This document shows positions 1-12,690 of a DNA stretch of 64,000 bases, one piece after another. The notes beneath the pieces were generated by a model. It saw only the letters and a program-made list of their open reading frames with translations, did no database searches and was not told the origin of the DNA. Position 1 is the first letter of the stretch. Each line of letters opens with the position of its first letter. The translations under genes and the position numbers were made by a program. The stretch lies in NCBI GenBank assembly GCA_044892525.1, contig CM097887.1, positions 27,528,001 through 27,592,000 of the forward strand, written 5' to 3'. Source of the stretch: Schmidtea polychroa. Its lineage: Eukaryota.

Positions 1-538
1 ATACTTACCATAAAGTCCCTTATTTTATTCATATCTATGAAATACCATATATTTATTGCAACGCGTGAAAATCATTCACAACGGCAAATCTCTTCATTTT
101 TATATCTAACTACATTGCAAATTTTATTATTTTGCAGCTACATACAATGAAGCTAGTAAAGGCAGCGGCAATGCAATTTTTCTTATTGTGAACAGCACTT
201 TTAAATATCAATCGATTTCTTATTGTGAATAGAAAATCGATTTCTTATTGTGAATAGAAGAATGTCAAAAAAATGTCAAAAAAATTTTAAAACATATGTT
301 TAAAATAAGTAAATAATTCGTTTTTCTGTTTATTTGAATATTTGTAGTTTAACTGAATATTTGAATATTTAAAGTTAACTTTGTATAAAAATTCTACTAA
401 TAATTAGTGAATAATTTTTTTCAAAGATTTTATAAGGACATATATTAGTTTTAATGTTTATTTGAATATTTTAACGTAAGTAACTTTAGATAATCTTAAA
501 ATGTTCTATTAATAGTTAGTGAATAATTTTTTTAAAGG

Positions 539-1927
539 ATGCCACCAAAGCGGAAATGTATATTTAATGAATTACTAGAAAAAGAATATCCATTTATTAA
601 AAAAACCTCAACAGATAGTGACGTAAGATGTTCCAAATGTTATGCTGAATTTTCAATTGCGAGTAGTGGCCGCTGGGACATATCGCAGCATTTAAAAAGT
701 GTGAAACACAAAAAAGCTGATATTGCTGCAAGTAGTAGTAAAAACTTAAATTCATTTTTAAGAAATCAAAACTTTAACGATAGCGAAAAGAATTTGGCTC
801 TTATTGAAGGTGCCTGGGCATATCACACAGTGCAACATAATCATTCATTTCGTTCCACTGATTGCACGACAAAATTTATTAAGAAATGTTTCAATGAGAA
901 ATTCGCTTGTGCCAGAACAAAATCAAAGGCAATAATTTGCAATATTTTTACACCATTATCTTTAAATTCAATTGCAAATGATGTGTCTTCTGTGAATTTT
1001 TTAACTATTTACTCAGACTGTTCGAATCACGGAAGCGTCAAACTCTGGCCAATTCTGGGCAGATACTTTTTACCAAAACAAGGAATTGTTGTAAAAATTT
1101 TTGAAATTAAACAATTACCAGGAGAAACATCTGACATTATAACAAGTTATATTAAAGAAGTTTTAATAAAATATGAAATAGCCAATAAATTGCTGGCTTT
1201 ATGTGCTGATAATACCAATTGCAATTTTGGTGGCGCTGCGAGAAAAGGAAAAAATAATGTTTTCTATAAAATGAAAGAATCTATTGGAAGAGACTTAATT
1301 GGTGTAAATTGTGCTGGTCACATCGTGAACAATTGTATACAAAGTGCAGTAGAAAATCTTCCTCTAGATGTGGAAGTTGTAATAGTTCAGATTTATTCAT
1401 TTTTTTATATTTATTCAGTACGGATAGAAAAATTAAAGAAATTATGTGATTCCATAGATGTTGAGTACAAAAAGTTATTAGGTTTCAGTAAGACTAGATG
1501 GCTTTCTCTTAGACCGGCTATTGAAAGAGTACTGAAACTATTTCCTGCATTAAAATCTTTCTTTTTGAGCCAAGAAAAATGTCCTACCATTTTGAGAAAT
1601 TTGTTTCAAGATCCATGTGCTGAAGTATGGTTAATTTTTGTACATTCTCAAAGTTCAACTTTTCATAACTATATTATTCAAATCGAATCAGAAAATATAT
1701 CAATGATTGAAGTTGCAATTATTTTAAAAGAACTAAAATTTAAATTAATACAAAGAAGAAATGAAACTTTTTTGCCATTAAAAGTTCAAAATTTGATTAC
1801 AGATTTAGAAAAAAATCAAGAAATTGATATTTCAAGATTCAAAAATACAGTGTTTGCTTTTTATGATACTTGTGTAAAATATTTAAGCCAATGGACAAAA
1901 GAATTCGAAAATATACCGTACTTATAA
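539..1927 (+). pseudogene. hAT-superfamily transposase, 3'-truncated
   Basis: N-terminal CxxC...H...H zinc finger (RCSKC...QHLKSVKH), first catalytic D region (YSDCSNH), second D (ADNTNCNFGG), CxxH (NCAGH) and RW motif (TRWLSL). The ORF stops before the C-terminal E/dimerization motif. A likely right terminus (...GGCAGTTATCACATCTA) ends at about 2161; the left terminus is not in the window. Confidence 0.85.
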
Positions 1928-2167
1928 ATCAAGGACAAATTTCGACAATTCTAGACGAAACAACTTTGAAAAATACAAAAATCTGCCAATTGATATAGGA
2001 CATGCACACAGCTGCAAGACCTCTGTATTAACTCTCGTCACAGGCACATGGGACAGAAAGAACGATAAAGACTTAAGAATAATTGGACTCAGTAAAACTG
2101 AAGTCAAATGTCCGGCAAAAAAAGCATGTACTGCTGCTATAATTGGCAGTTATCACATCTATAGGGA

Positions 2168-2169
<2 letters not shown>

Positions 2170-2242
<73 letters not shown>
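2170..2242. repeat. (AT)n microsatellite
   Basis: Perfect AT dinucleotide run read directly. Confidence 0.99.
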
Positions 2243-2245
<3 letters not shown>

Positions 2246-2320
2246 GCCCCGGATGAGGGGGGGGGGGGCGGGGGTCATAAGGGTCTTTTGGCCTGGGCCT
2301 CTTAATTTAGGGGGCCCCAA
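2243..2320 (+). mobile_element. GC-rich terminus of a hAT-like non-autonomous element inserted at the (AT)n edge
   Basis: CAGGCCCCGGATGAGGGG...GGGGGCCCC resembles CAGG-type hAT/MITE ends. The partner end is not visible and may lie in the gap. Confidence 0.4.
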
Positions 2321-3719
2321 ACTTTTATTATCAACCCATAAATATATAAATATATATCTATATATCTATATATCTATATATGTGTGAATAAATAGATATA
2401 TACAACCCATCTAATTCTCGACATTTACAATTAATATCTCTAATAAATATACTTCTATATATAATTTGATATCCTAATATTAACTATACCTAGATTTATA
2501 ACAAAATTAATAATTATAAAAGGAATAACAAATTAATTAAAGATAAAATAAAATAAACTTTTTCAGTAATACTAATAGCAACAATATCGGTAATCATGAT
2601 GTTATTAATAATAATAATATTTATANNNNNNNNNNNNNNNNNNNNNNNNNNNNNNNNNNNNNNNNNNNNNNNNNNNNNNNNNNNNNNNNNNNNNNNNNNN
2701 NNNNNNNNNNNNNNNNNNNNNNNNNNNNNNNNNNNNNNNNNNNNNNNNNNNNNNNNNNNNNNNNNNNNNNNNNNNNNNNNNNNNNNNNNNNNNNNNNNNN
2801 NNNNNNNNNNNNNNNNNNNNNNNNNNNNNNNNNNNNNNNNNNNNNNNNNNNNNNNNNNNNNNNNNNNNNNNNNNNNNNNNNNNNNNNNNNNNNNNNNNNN
2901 NNNNNNNNNNNNNNNNNNNNNNNNNNNNNNNNNNNNNNNNNNNNNNNNNNNNNNNNNNNNNNNNNNNNNNNNNNNNNNNNNNNNNNNNNNNNNNNNNNNN
3001 NNNNNNNNNNNNNNNNNNNNNNNNNNNNNNNNNNNNNNNNNNNNNNNNNNNNNNNNNNNNNNNNNNNNNNNNNNNNNNNNNNNNNCATTAAAACTTCTAT
3101 AAATTACGCCCATGTCTCTTCGGGCAACCGAAATAACTTTTATTAGACTGGACCTCCTCACTCTCCTACCGGACCTCCAATTTTATCAATCAATCATATT
3201 TTTGGAGTTTTCTTAGCCTGATGGCAAAATTCATCAAGCCCATCCACACACCGACCAAAGAATCATCATTTGCATCCTACCCTATTGTCCTATTGGCCTT
3301 TTGTTAAGGCCCTTTTTTGACTTATTTGTTTCTTTTATGATTTCTATATGGCCGCTAATTCACACCTGCCGCATCAATCTCCCAATACAAACCAATCAAA
3401 CTAAAGATAAAGAATATACAACTCGTCCAACCGGAATAAGTAATCAGATAGCAATAAAGGCTCAAGTTCCCCTACACAGACCAACCAAAGAATCATAATT
3501 TCAGACTAAGTCTTATTTTAGGTTTTTTATTATAATTATTCCTTATTTGGTAGGTTAGTTCAGTTTGTTTAGTTTAATCTCTAATATTATTTAAAATTAA
3601 GGGTTTGTCATATTTATTTGGGAAAATTGAAGTGTAAACTTTACAGATTTCATTGAGACCTATTTCAGGAGTTATGTCATTATTATTAAGTTGTATGATG
3701 GTTATTAAGGAAGTTCTTA

Positions 3720-4164
3720 TATTTTGTCATTGGGTAATCTATCATTTATAATTTTAATAATAATTTCTCTTAATTGTGATTTTATTAAATTTATGTTAGG
3801 TTTAGAAATTACATTACTATTTCTGTTAAGGCAAAGTTCAAAGTGGCAGACATAAAAACCTGAGTCTTGTATTGTACACGTAGGGTATTGTAGCTCATTT
3901 GCTGTAATTATTATAGGTGAAACCATGTTTTGTATATTTAGTATTGTGTTTAATATATTCATTAGTTATTGTTTCATGTTTGTTAATGCTGTGTCCGCAA
4001 GTAGGGTCTATAAAGGTGGCTAGTTTTCTAAATTTATTTAAGTAAAATAGTGCCAATGTATTGCCTGTTAAATTAAGTGGGAAAATTATTTCATTCCATT
4101 CAGGATATTTATGAAATGGGAATGATTCAAAAAAAGTTTTAAAGTTTTTCTTTATTAGGGCCAT
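3720..4164 (-). pseudogene. Ulp1/C48 cysteine-protease domain remnant
   Basis: IIFPLNLTGN followed by HW in a shifted frame, then ATFIDP, then TIQDSGFYVCHF. This is the order of the C48 His, Asp and Gln/Cys motifs; the catalytic Cys appears lost. Confidence 0.55.
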
Positions 4165-4398
4165 ACCTATTAAATTATCTATATATTTCTACATAGGAGT
4201 TGAAACGTGAGCTAAAGGGTAGAAGATTGAGATTCTGATTCGCTATAAAAAACATGCTGATTTACGAGGTGCCAGGCGAGCTGCACAGCGACTGATATGT
4301 TCAAACAATTCATCGTTGATAGGAAATCTAATTTTGCATCATCTATTCGAGATATTTCACAAAGCTTACTAAGTGTATAAATCATTAAAACTCTACGG

Positions 4399-7300
4399 CA
4401 GGGATATTCAACTGGCGGCCCGCGGGCCTGATCAGGCCCGCCGAAATTTGAAAAAGGCCCTTTCAATATCTTGGATAATATTTGACACATATATAAAAAT
4501 ATTTGGTGAGGCGTATTTAAAATTAAGGTGTATTAAAATAGATCAGCTAATATGGGTTTGTTGTTTTTTAAAAAATATATTTAAGCGATATACATTTCTT
4601 GCTTACCCCATAATTTTTGAATGCAGATTCGCATCGATTTGAAATATTTTATTAATACATTAAAATTGATTTTTTTGTAATTAAAAAAATTAAAGAATGC
4701 AATGCCACGTATGAACAGTAACCGTAAAAAGTTGATTCAGAGAACAGAGTATTTCATGATTCATGGACAGACAAATTTTTGTTTGTTATACCGTTAATTG
4801 GAAGTCGACCTGTTTGTTTGTTGTGCAACGAAAGAGTGGCAGTTTACAAAGTGTCGAATATGAAAAGACATTTTGAAACTAAGCACAGCAAATTCGAGAA
4901 AGAATACCCACCAAATACCACTATCAGGCGTGATAAAATAAAATCGATTCAATTTTCATTAAAACGTGCACGACTTATATTAACAAAAAGCATATCGAAT
5001 CAAGAACGAGCAATGGAGGCATCCCTGAGAGTTTCATGGACTCTTGCAAAGAATAAGAAACCATTTAGTGATGCTGAAATAGTAAAAGAATGTATGCGGG
5101 AAGTAATAGACTCAGTATTTAGCGATAATGAAAAAGCGCAGATAATTTCGACTATCAACTCCATTCCACTATCAGACACGACCACCGGACGACGGGTGGA
5201 TATATTAGGTGAGGAATCATTCGAGATCCTCTGCTCCGCGCTTAAATCAGTGGATAAATATGCAATTGCCGTGGATGAATCAACCGATGGAAATGATGTG
5301 GCACAATTGGCCGTTTACGTTCGGTTTCTTTATAAAGATGTCTTTTATGAGATTGTTATGTTTACTGCCACTGATGGAGCACACAGGAGCTAATGATATT
5401 TACAAAATAATACATGTTTTTTGTTCAAAATCAAATCGACTTGCAAAAAATGGTCTCTTTGACAACTGATGGAGCACCAGCCATGATTGGCAGAGTGAAT
5501 GGGCTATCAAAAAGGTTTGCTGATAACAATCCATGCATTGCAACAATTCATTGCATAATACACCAATCTGTGCTGTGCGCTCAACTATCAGAAGAATTAG
5601 CTGATACTATGTCTAGCGCAATCAAACTTATAAACTTTATTCGATCAACTTCATCACTCCAACATAGACTTTTCAAATCATTTCTTACTGAAATAGAAGC
5701 TGAATATGGCGATTTATTAGCACACAATGACGTTAGATGGCTCAGTAAAGGAAGAGTACTTCAACGACTCTGGTGTCTACAAGACGAAGTGAAATGTTTT
5801 TGTCGACTAGCAAATTAATAAAGGCAGCAGTGTTCAAAGAGAAACTTGATGATGATAAGTTTAAGATGAATGTTGCATTTTTATGTGATATATTTGGCCA
5901 TCTGAACGATTTGAACACAAAGTTTCAGGGAAGAGGACACAATGTTGCCGATCTTTATTATAACGTAACTTCTTTTCGGAAGAAGCTAATATTTTTTGAA
6001 CAAGATATTGAAAGTCGGGAATTTTTACATTTTCCAACCCTCGCAGAGGCAACAAAATCTAATTTGAATGTTGAATGTGTCGCTAAAATGAGTTGTTTTA
6101 TTCGAAAATTGATTGTAAATTTTAAACAGCGATTTGAGAACTTCACATTTAACGATACTTTGCTCCTGTTCCTTACAAACCCTTTCTCAGTCGGTAAAGA
6201 AAGATGTATTGCACTTGTAGCTGCTGAACGTATACATGGATTGACGAAAGCACTTTCTTGCTTCAGCTTATAGATCTTCAAAGCAATGGAGATTTAAAGA
6301 CGCAGTTACAAGATAAACAAGTTAGCCTGGAAGTTTTTTGAATACTTTCGGCGTTCAGTTACCCGATTGTTCGTGAAATCGCATTAACTCTACTCACCAT
6401 GTTTGCTTCAACGTATGTTTGTGAAAGCTCATTCTCGACAATGAACATTATTATGAACAAACAGAGAATGCGCTTAGGATGTAAGAAATTGGAACACTGC
6501 TTGCGCATTGCAACAACATTATTCAAACCGGATTTTAAGAAACTGGCAAGTTACAAAAAATGTAGTTTTTCCCATTAGAACACGACTTAATTGGATTAGT
6601 ATGTGCAGAAAACATAAAATTATGGTTATTCGGGAATAATATATGAAGCTTTTATCCTATAATTTCTTCTTTATTCGGAACTTGCACGTAATTCCTCATC
6701 CAATATCATGTTTTAATTCTATAATAATAACAATTTTTATGTTTTTGTAATATACTTTATAAAGGTTTTAACTGTGTTCGTTTTTAATGAAGAATCTTGC
6801 CAACATTTTCTCGGATTAATATAAAAATCGGGGAGCAGAAATCTAATTACTAAAATGTTGATTTAATATCATCAATTATGCGAATTTAGGTGCTAAATTC
6901 GCTGGGTGCTATGAGTCATTAGTTATTTGTAATATTTTTTTCTGTGACGAGTGAACTTTCATCAAATGAGATCGAGGAGTCAATAGAATTATACATTTGT
7001 AGGCGAAAAAAATAAAACATGAAATGTTTTGTCCAACCAACCTGATATAGCAGTGATGACATCGGGTTGAAAGCTTAAATGGCTAACAATGTATGCATCA
7101 TGATTCCATCCCATATCGGCGATTCCCGCAGCCCGTTATAGATTCATACGATTAGTAGCCTCCACAGAAAATTGTAATTAATGTTGGTCATGATGTAAAT
7201 ATACTTTATTTGTTCATGCATTTCCGAAATTTTATTAGTCGGATAAATATAATATCTAAAGTGGAAGAAAGTCTATGTCACGCCAGCAACGATACAGCAT

Positions 7301-7665
7301 AAATCTTTGTGTATCACTTTAGAAACCATGACGGCTATGTTTAGGAGATAAAACGTTTCGGTAAACAGAAAGGAGAGCAACTAATAAATAAAACAATGAG
7401 TACGTTAAGTATACTGTAAAATATTGATTATATTTGATTATACCCAATAATGTTCTTCATACAAGACTTAAGCATTAATATGGATTCTTAAATATGCTCT
7501 GGCATAAATTATAATACTTGGTAATAGAATAACAATCACTAAAACCAGTTTATTTTTGTTACTTTGTAATCCGCTACAAAACTAACTACTTTTTAATTGA
7601 TACGGCCCTCGATTGCCGTTATAAGAAAAATTTGGCCCTTCATAATATTTAGTTGAATACCCATG
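4399..7665 (+). mobile_element. hAT (Charlie/SPIN/Buster-type) DNA transposon, full length, transposase disrupted
   Basis: TIRs CAGGGATATTCAACT (4399) and AGTTGAATACCCATG (ends 7665). Perfect 8-bp TSD CTCTACGG at 4391-4398 and 7666-7673. Confidence 0.95.
4711..6578 (+). pseudogene. GTF2IRD2/EPM2AIP1-like (Buster-type) transposase, frameshifted
   Basis: Pieces in three frames: PVCLLCNE...RHFETKH, AIAVDESTD, TTDGAPAMIG, IHCIIHQ, VRWLSKG, DIFGHLNDLN, and STYVCESSFS near the C-terminus. Confidence 0.93.
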
Positions 7666-8489
7666 CTCTACGGCATAAGACAAATCATAAACACAGATTC
7701 GTCGATATAGAAAGTCATTCACGATTATGCAATAATAATAGAGACGCAAATCTATGGATAATCAGCGTAGTTAGATTAGGCAGGAGTGATTTAAACATTG
7801 TCCACATCATAGGATTTTCTGTACATGTGAGAGGTTTTTCTACTAGTAAAGATTTTTCCGTAAATCCAAAATCTTTTCCACGATCGTCAATTCAAGCATA
7901 AATTGTTCATGAGAAATATCATCTGCATGAGTGAGAAATCGCGATTGGAATATTTATCATTAACGTTGACTTATCCCAACAAATTCGATTAAACATTACA
8001 AATGCCATATGGTTGAGATTGTAGGACAAGTGATCTAACCGGTGGTAGATACCGATTCTGATTGAGCTCCACTACATACAAATAACGGTGAGGATTGAGC
8101 GCAGTGTGGATTTAAGGAAATAGCCAGTATGTGGGTTAATGGATAGCGTAGTACTATAGTCAAAGTAGATAACGAAAATGTTCTCAGTGACCAATGAGCT
8201 AAAAATTAACAGCAACACTGATAAGGAAATACACAAACATAGTACACCGATTTTAGATATGCCTACTATGAACTACATTCAATTAGAATTAATTAAAGTA
8301 AAAATATAAAATTTTCTTTATTTTATTTAGCTATCAATTAATTTAATTTGGCTTACTGAGGCAGATTTCCCACCCGCTAGATGTGATCATTACTATTATT
8401 TATATTCTGCCTACAAGTTCGTTTGAGATTACTTCGTGATATACTTGGGATCGTCAACAGTTCAATCTTCGTTTTCATTTTTGTAGAAC

Positions 8490-9191
8490 ATGACCACAAA
8501 TTCAACGACCAAGTCTCCAATCCAACCGTGCTATTCTTGTGCAGATAAAAATGCGACCATAAAAAAGTTTCAATCGCAAATCGCCTGGAGGGTGCCTGGT
8601 TTACCCCGGCGCAAGGAAAGGAAATTCAGAAAAATTATTTCGAAACGAACACTGTCGCGATAGTTTGATCGAGGAAAGCCGATCTCAGAGGTTGTTGATC
8701 AAGGAGCAATCGGAGGCGTTACAAAGTATACATCCAGGAGACGGTGATGAAGAAGATTGTAAACATTCCAATATTTGAAGAAGACAATGTTTTTCCCATT
8801 CACCATCATGCATAGATTCACAGGGAAGTCCTGTCAAGGATGCATAGAGGTCGATCTCTCGCCTACCACCTCCGAAGTTGTATTTACGGGCACTAGTAGG
8901 GTGAATCCCAAGACTACCCAACCACCTAGTGTACCCAGTTCTTCGGTACATTAGCAGCCCAAACGCCGGCAATTATCGCGAGCCAAGCGCAAGAAAAAGC
9001 AGAAAGAGTGCATCATGGAAAAGGAAAGCAAGCGAAAAGCGAGTGCTATCGAGGCGTTACCAATGACGTCATCTAATGCTGTCAAGCAATATCGGGTCAT
9101 CACCGCCACTGGCGTGACATGGGAGGAAAATTCGTCCGAGCTGTTTGATTTGGAAGCTTTGTTCGCTGAAGTAGCAGCCGAAAGACAATGA
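8490..9191 (+). pseudogene. Unknown CxxC/coiled-coil ORF (cassette ORF B, copy 1), with stops and frameshifts
   Basis: QPCYSCADKNA...EHCRDSLIEESRSQRLLIKEQSEAL...FDLEALFAE aligns by eye with the ORF at 45820-46572. Confidence 0.7.
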
Positions 9192-9726
9192 GAATGTCTT
9201 CCACGAGATCATATTTCTCTTAGTACAAACTTTATGATTCAACTCTCTCATGTCTTGCTTTAGTTATTGGTAATGTATCTGTTCCCTTATTGTAATGATA
9301 ATAAACGTTGTTCCGTGTGAGATTAGTTTTAGTCGTAATAAATTATCGGATTAGATTTCCAATATTAATGATGATATATGTTGTTTTTTGACATTTGCTG
9401 ATATGCAGTGGGGTGTTCTGAAATATGGGGAAAATAAGACCCTTCGCATTGAGAACATATGAGGAAAGTGAGACGTAAGTCCTTCAATCTGCCGTCAGTG
9501 GAAGTAAGCCGAGGAACAAGGAAGGAGTAGTCCTAAGGCAAGGGCTCACCTTTTCCCTAAAATCTCGCCGTCATAATACAGTACCAACATGAAGAAATTC
9601 ATGGGTATCATGCCGTTGGAACAATCATTTGGAGTACTGTTTAGGTTCGGCAAATCTACGTGAGAAATATAAATATAGAGTCTAGACCAATATGAAAGTT
9701 AGTGTCGACCTGGTAGCGCGCCAACA

Positions 9727-10229
9727 TAGTTGAAGATTTACAAATGAAGTTTCTACCAATGAATGTTATCCGAAATTGAAAATTAAGACGATTTCGCTAT
9801 GAAATTGAAAAATAAAAGATGAAAATGCCTGCTGAGGTGGTTGTTTATATAGTTTTTTTATGTTCAGAACCAACCAATCATGGTCGACTGGTATGTAATT
9901 TTGTTGTATTTATTTTTGGGTATTTTTATTTTTCAAATAAATTATTCTAATTGGTTTAAATTATTTTTACTTTTCCTTAATTAATTTTAATTTTTATTAT
10001 ATTTTTAATTTCTTGGTCACTTTCGTCCGCCATCTTTTCTGTTTTAGTTCTCTTTTTAGCGACTATTTTGTTTTAATTCTCTTATCATATGTTTCTTATG
10101 CAACTTTTTGTGACTTTCTCATTTTATTACTTTAGTTTTTACTTAATTTCCCCATGTTATGTTTTTATTTTGTTTTATTATTATTTTAAATAACTTTGCT
10201 TTTTATTTACTATGTTCCTACTCTTAGCC
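9727..10229 (-). mobile_element. LTR U3-like promoter block (A-rich tract, TGATTGG, TATATAAA) running into the gap
   Basis: On the minus strand: ...GGCTAAGAG, an A-rich tract, then CATGATTGG...CTATATAAAC. Same layout as the blocks at 40560-41088 (-) and 44172-44720 (+). Confidence 0.6.
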
Positions 10230-11656
10230 NNNNNNNNNNNNNNNNNNNNNNNNNNNNNNNNNNNNNNNNNNNNNNNNNNNNNNNNNNNNNNNNNNNNNNN
10301 NNNNNNNNNNNNNNNNNNNNNNNNNNNNNNNNNNNNNNNNNNNNNNNNNNNNNNNNNNNNNNNNNNNNNNNNNNNNNNNNNNNNNNATAAATCAGTAATA
10401 TATCGATGTTTTTTATACTCACGAATTTTCGGCAATGCCTTTTTTATCACAGATTTAGTCTTCAAGCTCTCTCTTTAATAAATTCAATTGAAAAAATAAT
10501 CAGTGGTGAAATTAGAAAACTTCTTATAATATATAAAATAATTTGGAATTATTGTATTTTTTTATGTAAATTTTTAAAATTAAAAAATTAATTGTAAATA
10601 AATAGCAATTCAAACCTTTCGTTATTAGTTAAATATTTAGCAGCTGGATTGTAAACCATCCTGAGATTTTTTGATAGCTGAATTTGATTACCATTTGCAT
10701 TAAGATTGAAATAGTCATAATTACAATTTACATGATTTAGTAAATCTTGCTGTAACACATTCTATAAGATTTTCATGCGTATTATTAGCTGAATTATCTT
10801 CAACCAATAGCGTTTCTTTGTTATCAATTTCAATGAGGGCGGTTTGCGAATCGATGCTATCAATACTATGACTATGTCTAGTTGTATTAATAATGCGATC
10901 GTCTTCACGTCGACTTGTATTCGGTTCATCAGATGGCAAACTATTTTTTCTACTTGTGAATCTGAAAACAAATCACCTTTTAAGAAAATTTAGGTGATAA
11001 GCATTGCAACTAAACAATAACCCACTAGAAATTTCTTTTTTATATGCTCTTTTATTATAGTTTTCTTATGATATTTTCTAAATTCCGATTTTTTATTTTT
11101 ACATATAATTCTGTAAAGATTTTATAGTAAATTTAGATAAATTTGGCCGTGCAATTAACGAGGGAATAAATATTAAAGGCAGTTCAACTTTATTACGGAA
11201 TGTTGCTGAAGTTTTTCATTTGTTATCCGCAGAATTGAACAATCGTCAGGTGCAGAGTCGATTTTAATTCTATAATTTGAAAGAACATGAAGAAGTTTAG
11301 AAAAATATACTGAACTAAGAAAATCTTTGTTGAATACTCATCAAAGTTCAATAAATTTTAAAACTGAACCTTACATCCGTCTGTGCTACAAAATATGCAA
11401 AATGTAAATCAAGACAAGCGTCAGATAAAGAACCTTCAAGTTAAATGGACATATTAATCATCATAACTGTGTGGTAAAGCGATATTAATACGGGTTTAGT
11501 GACACTTAGTCACGCGACATTTAATCAATTTCACATATAAAAATAGTATTGAAAGTGAGAAAATCCCCATTACACATAATGAACTGCTACGGTAAAATTA
11601 AAAGTTGCTGTAATGTATAGTTATTTTTTTATATTTCAGCGTTCACAATTAGGAAT

Positions 11657-12319
11657 TGTGAATATTATAATATAAATTGCCCCCATCTGGGAAATCCAGA
11701 TTTTCAAAAAAAAAACTATATAGCGATAATTTACCATAGAAAATTGAAAAAAATTTAAAAAAATCGATAGGAAATTAAATAACAGTGATTATTACAAAGA
11801 ACGAAATTAACGAAGAAGATTAATTAAAAGAAGAATCGCAAAGGACTGTTTCAAAGAAATCGCTATCCTAAAGTCTATGATTTTTACGGAAAACGAAATT
11901 AACGAAAGACATTAAAAGAAGATAAAGTTAACCAAGTCTATTCCTAAACTTAATCCTAAAAGGATCGTAAAAGAATAACTAAACTAAATATAATAAACTA
12001 AAGGTTAACAAGAAATAATCGGTGGTAAAGTATTCAAAAGAAAATTTGAGCGCCAAACTAACGCGTGGTAAATATTAAAGTGAAAATCAGAGAGGAGCTA
12101 AAGTTAGGGGAAATATTAAAATGAAAACCATAAAGAAACAGACGACAACGAAACATCAAAAGAAAATTTGAGAGCCGAAAATTTTAATTCTGTGCAGTCC
12201 GATTTTCTGAAGTATTATTTATTTTTGTTAAATAAAGTTGTAATTTAATTTAATCGTTATTGTGTATTTATTATTATCTCACGGACAAACTCAGCACGCA
12301 CCCCGATTGTTCCGCCACA
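11657..12319 (+). mobile_element. Possible solo-LTR-like insertion inside the MULE
   Basis: TGTG...CACA candidate ends, A-rich body and AATAAA near the 3' end. No matching TSD found. Confidence 0.3.
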
Positions 12320-12454
12320 AGTTTTAACGGAGACTCTTTCGGGTCCTTCAAATTTCTTGACAATAACAACAATTTCATACCACACACAAATATAATAAGA
12401 ACATTCTAATATAACAGTTGCTTTATTTAATTTGAGAGATTTTAAACCTTAAAA

Positions 12455-12690
12455 TGGCAGAAAACAAAATTAATTTTGGTACAACTAAAAAGGAAGACAA
12501 TGTGTGCTACACAAACAATATGAATTTATAAAGCATCGGAAATACGCTAATGGAAATATTCAATGACGTTGCAAGCTGTATCAAACATGCAAATGCCTGG
12601 CTCGACTGACGATCAAGTTGGATGAAATAATAAGCAATAGTTATCCTGAACACAATCATGATGGTAACCTAGAGTCTGTTGCGTGTCTTT
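12455..12690 (+). pseudogene. FLYWCH zinc finger (N-terminus of a MULE transposase)
   Basis: FGTTKKGRQCVLHKQYEFIKHRKYANGNIQ*RCKLYQTCKCLARLT...EHNH, which matches the FLYWCH pattern with W mutated to a stop. Confidence 0.8.

Noticed and set aside
1-12. ATACTTACC, the U1 snRNA 5' end
   Set aside because: Only 9 nt match; the following sequence is not U1.
2514-3161. ORFs spanning N runs (also 10181-10478 and 29343-29824)
   Set aside because: They are artefacts of assembly gaps translated as X.
9705-9726. TGGTAGCGC or TGGCGCGC as a primer-binding site
   Set aside because: It does not directly follow a clear LTR end, and the host tRNA set is unknown.
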